Part shown: positions 23,819 through 33,800 of the stretch, one piece after another
Layout of the letters: each line of letters starts with the position of its first letter
How positions within the stretch are numbered: the stretch's first letter is position 1
Source of the DNA: Catajapyx aquilonaris
Lineage: Eukaryota
Length of the DNA stretch: 51,038 bases
Assembly: GCA_000934665.2 (NCBI GenBank)
Contig: KZ538726.1
Span: forward strand, 1 to 51,038
Direction: 5' to 3'
Position numbers and translations under genes: made by a program
The notes under the pieces: generated by a model
What the model saw: only the letters and a program-made list of their open reading frames with translations
The model's database searches: none
What the model was told of the DNA's origin: nothing

Positions 23819-26800
23819 ATGGGTAACTGTCAGTCCACATGTTGTCCTAAATGTGAACCCTCAAAGTGCGGGTGCAAATGTTGGCCCAATTGTTGGTCAT
23901 CATTTAGAGCCAAATTTAGACCAAATCAAGCAGAGGATACGCCCTTAGAACCGGTCACTCCATTACCACAACCTGAAGCATCAGTAGCACCACAGAAGGA
24001 AGATGAACCAAAAGAAGAGCCGCAGAAAGAGGATCCGCAAACTGAGACACCGCAAATTGAGGCTCCGCAAACCCAGGGTGAGATTGGGGTCAGCCGTTTA
24101 TTTCAAGGCTGACAACCGGTTGGGGTCATCTTGAAGGTCTCGATAAGGGTGGTGGTCACCTCAGGTGTTTTTTTAAATATATAAATATAGTACAGGTATT
24201 ACAACAGCATTTCCGCCAAATTCCGGAAGAAGCAAGGTAGTCATTTGTGGGTGTACACACGTAATTTAACAAAATTGTAATGGCGATTGTTGGTCAAGGC
24301 CGTCCGGTGTTGTCCGATGCAATACAGCGGAATGTCTTAATAGCAACGTAAGAACTTGACCTACTTTGGTTGCGCAACAAGTATCTGTAACAAGTCAAGT
24401 AGATGCCCGCATGCTAAAACAGACGGGGCCACGAACCCATAATCGCTGTGGGTGCCTGCAAATATTATGCCGAATCAAAAATGGTCCTATCTCAAACCAT
24501 TAAAAGGGGGGCCTGCTTTTTGTTAAAACTTGAGTAATAAGAAGCCGACAATGTATTTTTAATGTGGAAGTGGGTAGGGCATCCTGACCACAAGGCAAAA
24601 ACCATTGACACTTGCGGACGTGTCACCCACGCATTTGATCTGAATATCCAATGTGACATCACATTTAGCGTGAAATTGTGATGTGTTGAATGAGCTGGCC
24701 TTGCAAATAATAGACCCCCCCATTTTCGGAATGTGTGGGCTTCCTAAAGGAAATGATTCAAGCGCAGTTGACGTTTGACCTTGTCGATAAATCGGAGTCT
24801 GAAAACTACCAACTTTGAAGTAGAAAAATTAGTGCAGTTAGTGGCGGAATATACATCGGCTGGAAATGTGGAGGTCGCTTTTTTGTGGAAATTGTTCAAT
24901 TTGGGGGCTATGTGATGATCCTTCCTGTCGTAAACGTGAGTTATTATGCCTCTGTCTGCTGCATGTTTGAAACAAAGGAAAAAGGACAAGTATAGACGCT
25001 CCTTTTTATACGCCAACACTGAATCCCACATTTTGGAAACATGCCCGCATCATCTTGGCTCTTAGATAACCGATTTTTGTTTACATTTTTCCTTGCAGAT
25101 GAGGGTGATGCAAGCAGCCAGGTAATAAAGGTCATCTCTGTGGATTTGTGTTTGCCTGAAAATGGCAAATCTCATCATACCAGCAAATATCATATGATGA
25201 AAAAGGAGCATTCGTCCAGACTAGTGGTTCGTCGAGGTGAAGCTTTCGTCATAGCATTGACATTGAGCAGGAGATATGATGCAGACAAAGATGCTATGTC
25301 TTTCGTATTCACTGTTGAAGGTTCGTTTTTGTCAAGTATTAAAATGATATTTTAAACGTCAAAAATAGTAATATATCAGGCCTTAATGGGCCATAAAATG
25401 ATAAGGGAAGTTTATGATTCAGACTGGTTTCAAATTAACGGATGAAACGACATTTCCATAACCTTGAACTTCGACCCTTTATTATCGGGTCAAATCAGAC
25501 AGAATTTTTGTTGCACACTGTCGAATTTTTCTTGTAGACAATGCGTAGGATTGTGCTTGCCTGCCTTTTGAATGCAGACTCTAATGACCTTAATTGGGTT
25601 AATTTGGTATCCTTATCTCCCACTGGCTGTTACAGATGTGGAAAAACCTAACATGGGACAAGGGACGTTGATTGCAGTTCCTCTTCTGTCTAGAAACTAC
25701 CCGTTAGACGAAGGATGGAACACTCGAGTGGAATCTGCGAGTGACAAGACGTTGAGAGTTCAGGTACACTTTTGTACTGGGGTATCCACACTTGCCACTT
25801 TTCAGAGGGCCCATAAATTTGTGCTGTCGGAGTAAAAGAATGCGTTAGTTGGCCTCGAGAGGATTAAGAGCCCAAAAAAAGACAAGGAATGGGAGGAAAC
25901 ACATGCTGGGGTTAAAGGGATTCTTGCAAGGTCAGATTGAGGTCGATGGGGTTAAATGGGGCTGATAGATGATTTGAAGACTATATAATCGGGAAGATTT
26001 CTGATCATGTGAGATTTGAGGATGACGCCCTTGTATTAAACATTCCTGGGCTATAAAGCGTGGAGGAGCTTAAGTGGAGTGTGGGCTAACTGCCAAGTTG
26101 CGGTTTTCAGCTCGGGTATTAAACAAGCTAATTGTAGAAGTCAAGGAAGGAATGCGATCAGCGTGGCCCAGCTGTCTGTGACATGGTGTCAACATACCCT
26201 AAAGTATTATTGGCTCTTCCCAGGTCACGCCCTCTGCATCAGCCATCGTTGGGCCATGGAAAATGGAAATCGACACCAAATACAAGCCAACTGACAAGTC
26301 TGACAGCTATAAACATCGAGAACCTTTCTATCTTCTGTTCAACGCCTGGAGCAAAAGTAATGTCATGTAATGAGAACGATGTTTCGATGTCATTAATTTA
26401 TTTTTTCTGTAACAGATGACAAGGTGTATATGAACCTTGATTCATGGAAGGATGAGTATGTTCTGAATGAAACTGGACTTATTTGGCGTGGAAGCCACAA
26501 CATGCTACGTCCATGTGTGTGGACATTCGGCCAATTCGAGGAGAACATATTGGAATGTTGTTTATACCTTCTGACTCATGTGTCTCACATGAGAGTGGCC
26601 AGTAGATCTGATCCGATTAAGGTTTCCAGAGCCATATCTGCAGCGGTGAGCAAATCTTTTTTCATCTCACTTGTCAGTGGTGACGTGATTTTCAACATAT
26701 TTTTAGGTCAATGCGCCTGATGACGATGGTGCTTTGGTTGGAAAATGGGACAACAAGTACAGTGGTGGTACGCCTCCGACTGAATGGTCTGGAAGTATCA

Positions 26801-28555
26801 AAATTCTGCAGCAATTTTACAAGAAAAAGAAACCTGTCAAGTATGGCCAGTGCTGGGTGTTCGCTGGAGTTGTTACAACCAGTAGGTTTGTCTGCGATGA
26901 GTGGTGTTAATATACTACATGACATTATTTGTAGTCTGTAGATCACTGGGGATACCATCACGTCCTGTGACCAACTTTGCATCCGCCCATGACACCCACA
27001 ATAGCTTGACCATCGATTACTTTTTAGACGAGGAAGGAGAAATGGTGGACCATCTTAACACAGACTCCATCTGGTACGTATCTTAAGCTGGTAATATTTC
27101 AACCTGCCGCCTAATGTCAAATATTACAGGAATTTCCACGTTTGGAACGAGGCTTGGATGGAAAGACCAGACTTAGAACCAGGCGGATACAGCGGATGGC
27201 AAGCAATAGACGCGACACCTCAAGAGCAGAGTGATGACATGTACCGTTGTGGACCAGCCTCTGTAGCTGCCATCCGAAGAGGTGAAGTGCAGCGTTCCTT
27301 CGACAACAGCTTTGTATTTGCAGAGGTCAACGCTGACAAGCTCTTCTGGCGTTACTTTGGCCCTAGTCAACCCCTGAAGCTGCTGGCCAAGAGAGAAGAA
27401 GGGTAAGACCAACAATGATGGGTTGTGCTCCAGTGTCAATAACACTTGATATTTTTACAGCATTGGTTTGCTTATCAGCACCAAGGCTGTCGGGTCATTC
27501 AGAAGAGAAGACATAACTTTGGACTACAAATACGCAGAGAGTAAGTCCCCCACACCTTAATGCTTATGAGTACAAATATTAACTAACATGTTAATTTTAG
27601 AAACCCCCGAGGAAAGAGAAGCCATGCTGCGTGCCTTAAAGTCCTCTGAAAACGTATTCAGCAGATATTACCTCAACGAAAATTTCAACGACGTTCGGTT
27701 TGACTTCCAACTGCGTGACGACATTGTCATCGGCTCTCCTTTCAAGTAAATTTTATAAACATGCTGCAAGTTTTGCTTTAAAAAAAACACACTTTAAAAA
27801 CGTTCACTTTCAGCGTGGTATTAGTAGTGAAGAATGTCAGCAAGGAAGAGACATACACAGTGTCCATACTGTTCCGAGTGGACACTGCCCTGTACACCGG
27901 ACGCATCAAAGACCTGATCAAAAAGGACAAGGTCGAGAAAAGCATCGCTCCAGGTGCAGGTAATGGCACTGATCCAAATTAAACAATTGAGCTCGTCATA
28001 CTAATGATTGTTGTATTAGTTGAAGAATTCAAGATGGAAGTGTCGTACGACGACTACTACTGGAAGTTGTCGGACCAGGCTTCTTTCAACATAGCATGTC
28101 TGGCATCGGTCAAGGAGACGAATTTCGAGTATTTTGCGCAAGATGACTTCCGGGTGCGGAAACCGGATATTAAGATGGAGGTCGAGGGAGAGGTGGTCGT
28201 GGGCCAGGAGTTTGTGGGAACCATCTCGCTGAAGAATCCTTTACCACTTCCTCTCAAGAAGGGCAGGTTCGATATCGAGGGACCTGGATTGGGAAAGCCG
28301 TTGACCATCAAGCTCAAGTAAGGATTTTGAAGATGGTTGAAAATAATGGGTGATTCACGTTGCTAATGCTTTTGCAGCACTATTGATGCTAAAGGAGAAG
28401 CGAAGGCTACGTTCAGGATGACTCCAACATCCGAAGGGGAAAAGACTATAGCTGCAAAGTTTTATTCGAAACAACTGCAAGATGTGGATGGGTTCTTGGA
28501 AATTGTGGTTCTGCCGAAGAAGGAACACAGCAATGGGACAGGAAATTCTGCTTAA
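23819..28555 (+). CDS. Annulin-like transglutaminase TG4, isoform with exon 1B, 13 coding exons, about 801 aa
   Basis: Exons 23819-24077, 25099-25320, 25636-25763, 26224-26356, 26416-26645, 26707-26881, 26935-27073, 27130-27402, 27461-27540, 27601-27745, 27814-27959, 28020-28317, 28378-28555 give 2406 nt. Annulin-type signatures recalled from grasshopper annulin/Drosophila Tg: [54 protein letters not shown], and C-terminal NGTGNSA. Inr TCAGTC at 23739-23744. Confidence 0.94.
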
Positions 28556-28968
28556 GCTTCTATTACATGTCACCTGACTCAGCTTTGGGGGAGTTTCCTG
28601 CCATTATTTGAATGATATTAATATTCTATAACGTTGATATTGCTATCCGGAGAAAAGTCAGATTGAGTGCAGCTGTGAGATAGAGCTAGTTCCAAAGATA
28701 TTTGCAAAGTTTATGAGTAACGCACAGGGGCTGATCCTAGTCTGAACTGCGGAATTTAACATGTCCTCGATTAAACCCTATTTTAAATTATTTTTTGATC
28801 TTTTTGTAGCGAAGTTTTAATTAGTAACGTAACATTTTAATGTCTTCTTACATTTGCATGACCATACTAACCATGAATCATTGCCAGTATCAGTAGGTGT
28901 GAATCAAACATCGCAGTTGTGCCAAGAAAAAATATATACCAATTGTTTTTGTACCAAGCGTGTATTGA

Positions 28969-28974
28969 AATAAA
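28969..28974 (+). terminator. Candidate polyadenylation signal of TG4
   Basis: AATAAA about 410 nt after the stop codon; a second AATAAA lies near 29064. Confidence 0.45.
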
Positions 28975-30415
28975 ATCTTATGCACAATATTCATGTTTTC
29001 ATTACAAACTACCGATATGTAATATTCGCAATTTCAATGATGATGGATTTTGGCAGCAGAAGAAATAAAAAGTACCGTACTCCCAACTTCCCAAGAATGA
29101 ACACGGAGTTGTGGCCAATACTAGGATCGCACTCCATACATCAGTTGCTGTATGCTGTGACCTTGGACCACGTTGAGATTAGTTAATAGTGACTGGTGAT
29201 AAGAAATTTCTTAAGGAATTTGCCAGAATTGCATCGCATTTAACTATGCATTTGACACCTGGCTACCCGGCCCCCCACGGTCTGTCATTTGGGTTGCAGT
29301 CGAGTAACAAGCATGTGACGAAGTGAGGACCTTGCCAGCTCGCAATCCACAAGTAAGCTGATTTACATAATTATACGTGCAAACACACACAGTTTCCTGC
29401 TCATTTGCACGCAACATGTTATCATAGACTGTTTTATGTGTTATTGTAATGGACGAACCCTGACTATAGTCATTGTCAGGAATTTATTTAAAATCGCTGG
29501 TGCATCACTGCAACAAAGAATCGCACATACGTATGAACCCGTTTTGCCAGTTCGAAATGTCTCAGGTGGATGTGTTCTGTGTGTATGACGTGCAGTACTG
29601 TATGCCCTGGTGAGTTCTTATATTGGTTTAATAAGCGTACCAAGGTCGCATTTGATATTTTCAATGAATTGGTCAAGGGGTCATTCTGCAGAGGTGTGGC
29701 AAAATATACTTTTCGTATACCAGTAGTTTATACTCAATAATATCGAGCTTTTCACCTGTAGCTAATAATACCTTTTTCTCTCTCAGAATTGATATTGGCT
29801 TATAGCAATCGATGCCTGTCAGACCTGTCAAGGCATGCGTGCGCTTCGCCGTATTATCGTATTAAACTACAAAAAAATGTAGTACAGTCGAGTACAATAC
29901 TGTATCAGTTTTCCCTCCACATGATAACAAAAGCTGATACGATGCCATCTAGTGGAGAAATATGTGAACAGTGTTAGATGAAGGATGCAGAAGAGAAGCT
30001 TCTCTGCGCAGTTGCGTCCTCCTGTGGGTCATGCTGAAAGTGAAGGCTGCAGTTCTCCTACTAGGTGGCACATGCGGTTCACAGATTTTTTCATCGCTTT
30101 TTACACTCTTGCAATGGCATGAGGTGAATATCAGTATTTCAATTAGTCAAAATCTATGAATATGCTGATTTTGCAAATTAGGCTTGATAAGAAACTGTAT
30201 TGGCAACAGCCAACAGTGTATTAGCAATGCAATTATGAACACAATAGACTATAATTGACTCACAATTAATGTGAGTATGAAGGATATGCTTAGACTACAG
30301 GGTTATTTCTGATATAATAATACCGTCAAACCGTCACTATACATTGAGGGATGGTCAAGGTTGTCAATGACGAGAAAAATTCGCGGTAGGGCGCACTGTT
30401 GTCCAAAAAATGCGC

Positions 30416-30472
30416 TGGCACAATCTCACCCCACCTGGCACAATCTCACCCCACCTGGCACAGTCTCATCCC
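30416..30472. repeat. Short tandem repeat with a 20-bp unit (TGGCACAATCTCACCCCACC, about 2.8 copies) next to a probable DNA-transposon end
   Basis: Two exact copies plus a third diverged one (TGGCACAGTCTCATCCC), directly followed by GTTTGACGGT. Confidence 0.75.
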
Positions 30473-30482
30473 GTTTGACGGT

Positions 30483-30812
30483 TTTTTTTTGTATTACCCC
30501 ATTGGGAGTTACATTTTCTTTAGGGGGGTGGAATACCACCATTTTTGGGTGGAACCGGTATACTAAGATAGTATTTAGTGTGTTCCAAGGGTAGGTAGGA
30601 GGGGATGTGCAAAGTGCGTGTGCTATGTCGTTGATGTGCCGTTTTGTGAACTCCCCCGGGTGGCATATGTGAAAGGATCGCCACCCGAAACGAAGCCAGA
30701 GACGGTCTCACTCTGCGCGAGATGAAGGGGGGAACCCCGGGTTGGGATCGAACCCGGGACCTTAACATCCGCGGGCGCATACGTTACCGCAGCGCCACTT
30801 CGCCTCCCAATA
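30483..30812 (-). mobile_element. Second tRNA-derived SINE (different head and body) with poly(A) tail and 9-bp TSD
   Basis: On the minus strand: A-box-like AGTGGCGCTGCGG, B box GGTTCGATCCC, and an oligo(A) tail. TSD TTTGACGGT at 30474-30482 and 30813-30821. Confidence 0.8.
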
Positions 30813-33800
30813 TTTGACGGTATTTGTGTAAATCATTATTACACCCTGGTGCTGACAGTTTTTAAAGTCATGAGACTTTAGTTCGAAAATATATGAAACA
30901 TCACCCCCCTCAGCTTGTAACTAGATTCTTACTTTACTTTTATAGAACATATTATTATATGCCCTGTTTAACAAAGAAAGTGTGAACTTTTAAACCCAAT
31001 TAAAACAACTAAGTAAGACTAGTATATGTGAAAATGACTTATTCCAGACTTGTTAAGAATATTGGTCGTTGTTTTACAATGTGGAATTCCCCAAATCACA
31101 ATCCAAGAGGAAAGTATAGTAAAAAAGCTGCTGATTGATTGTCCCAGCAATCAGGGTATAATGAGAATAAACCCGCTGAACGAAATTATCTATTGTTGTG
31201 ATTGTTGCTACTTTTCTGGTGGACAACATAACATAATATTGCTTGGATCTTATGATGCCAATATTTGATTTGGTTTTTTTTCCCAGACTGAACTCATTAG
31301 TGCGTGTTGCCAAACATTCCGTTTATAGTGTTACTTTTATTATAAACCGGAAGGTGTAACTAAAGTTTACGATTTCTAAGTAGCCTGTTATCAGCTTATA
31401 TTTGCACAACATATATTGTTAAATAATAATTTTGCGGTAACATTACAAATACCAGTAAACCAAATAAATGTAACTTACGTTCGTTATAGAATAGAAACGT
31501 CGCAGTAAAGTTTAGAAACCTATTTATGATTGTTGGAATTTTTATTTGTAGCGACAGATTTTTGTGGTATAGTCATATCCTGCACAAAATGGTGTCAGTG
31601 ATTTGATAATGAGACTTATTCATCGCATTCATTTTTTATGGATCCTGATGGAAACACAAGTTGACGTGAATGCCAGAAATACAAAACGATTGGAAGTTTT
31701 ATTTAATGGAAATTGAGTCAAACATGTGTAATAAGGCGCACGGACTTTCAGACGATAAAATCAGTTTCTGCTACATCAGGTTTAATTTGCCATATAAAAA
31801 TGTCAGAATTAAGAATATCTCACACAAATAATGCAATATTCAACCTTCAAACTCTCACGAGATATAGATAGCAAAAGTTTCTTCCCACTCTAACACTCAA
31901 ACTCTCATATCTCGAAATCACTCCAGTGTGACTGATAGTTCTGCATTTCAGGTCTCCATGTCTTTCAGCTATACACATCGCTATTTCAGGAACGTAACCT
32001 GAATGCACAGTATAACGAGGACTCCCCAGCACTCTTCCTTTTGAAGTTACTAAAAATGCTTATGCTACAAGCCTTTCATTCTAAAGAAGCGTTCATTATT
32101 GCACAGAGTCAAGGCTGCTCATATCTTCATAATTAGTATAATAATAGGGATATCCTTAATAATTAAGACATCCCAAACCATACAAGTTATTTCGAAAGAC
32201 CTAAAGCACAAATGGCCCTCCTCACGCACATAATGGGCGAAAAACACATTAAGTATATGTAACCCACAATTACTGGAACCTATCTACATCTTCGCAGATA
32301 TTTCCTATAGACTATATACCATTCCAACACAACATGCAGATGCGTCCACAACTACTTTGAGCGAGAGAATGAAAATTACTTGTTTTCTCCTAGACCCGAG
32401 CGTTATATACCGAGCAGGAATATTGGACTATTTTATTATAGATCCTATTGCCTTATTTATCCGGAATAATTTCCACCACACCGCAGGGTGATGCGGTGTT
32501 GATTTCATTAGTGCCTTCACGTGCGCCTAGTACTAAAATATATGCATTGTTTGTCGTAAATAATACACTCGGAAATTGGCTTCCCGCAGAAAGCGACCCG
32601 ATATCGCCATTTGCTTGATTGTTCCCTTCACGAGTCGGCCACATATCGGGCTAGATGTGCCGTTGGCAGGACCTCTTATCACTCCTGCTTACGGGGTGAT
32701 GGGAAGGAAGGGCTTAAGGGTTATCTCCCGCATAATTCCGGGGTAATCTCTTGCTTATTTAGGAACGTAAAGGCCATAAACAAGGGGACGTGTGTCGGTT
32801 TCCCTGTATGCAGAATTAATTTGGAGTCATTCTCAGGAGCGGTTAATATTAAAACCATGCCTTTCCCACTGTAGCGGTATTACACCTGATCGCACGATAC
32901 GACACAATGATTGGAAAACACTCTAACATATTCATGCACTCGCGCACATTTGCTAGGAAAAAATGCAAAAGCGTGATGGTTCCACCTGTAGCCTTGGTTG
33001 CGAGAAGAGCCTAAAACCCGCAGGAAGCGACGGCCCCCAAGATTTGTGGAAGATGTGTCAAAGTGATAATTTGCGAAGGCAAGAGTGCGCTAATTACCGA
33101 TCTGATTACATCGGAACTCTCACGCGATCCGCTGCTCTGGGCGCGGGTAATTACACTGTGCCTTCATCTCCTCAAGCATGCCAGCCCAGCACTTGCAGGA
33201 CAGCAAGATGCCGCGAGAGGCATCCCTTTTTCACGGGGCACTGACTGTATGCCCCGTGCCAGCAGAGGTCATCTTGCAGTACTCGACCCTGCCGGAACAA
33301 TAGATGGACAAGTCTGATGCTGAGAACCGTTTACCACTGTCTGGACATGCCAAAGTGGCCACCTGAGGCCAAAACAGCATATACGTCCAAATGTGCATAG
33401 AAACGTTTACACCCAGCTATATTGTCTATACTCGCTTTGCGAGGCGGGGGGGCTCCGCCCCCCACTCCCCCCTCTGTGGGGCTTCGCCCCGATTGGCGCG
33501 CCTTCGGCGGTAGAAAGTTCTTCCGGCTGTCTGTCCGAAGAAATTGGGAGAAATGGCAGCTGGGCCAATCACGGCTCAGAATGTCATGGGGGCGATCATG
33601 GGCACGTGCATGGGGATATCGATATATATTAAGGAGGGCCCTTTAAAAATTATTTTTAATCCCGAATTTTTCCCGCATGCTTTCAGGTATAGTAAGGGTA
33701 CGAACTATTTTGAATGACCGGTCCATAGGGAGGCAAAAACCCACGTCCGTGTCGAATCACCCCCAGTACATCGACGTCAAATTGGCAATCCTGTCAACAC

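Noticed and set aside
30416..30472. CRISPR-like repeat
   Set aside because: The units are contiguous with no spacers, the context is eukaryotic, and there are no cas genes.
30735..30810. Possible tRNA gene on the minus strand
   Set aside because: Only A/B boxes are present, and it is the head of a poly(A)-tailed, TSD-flanked SINE.
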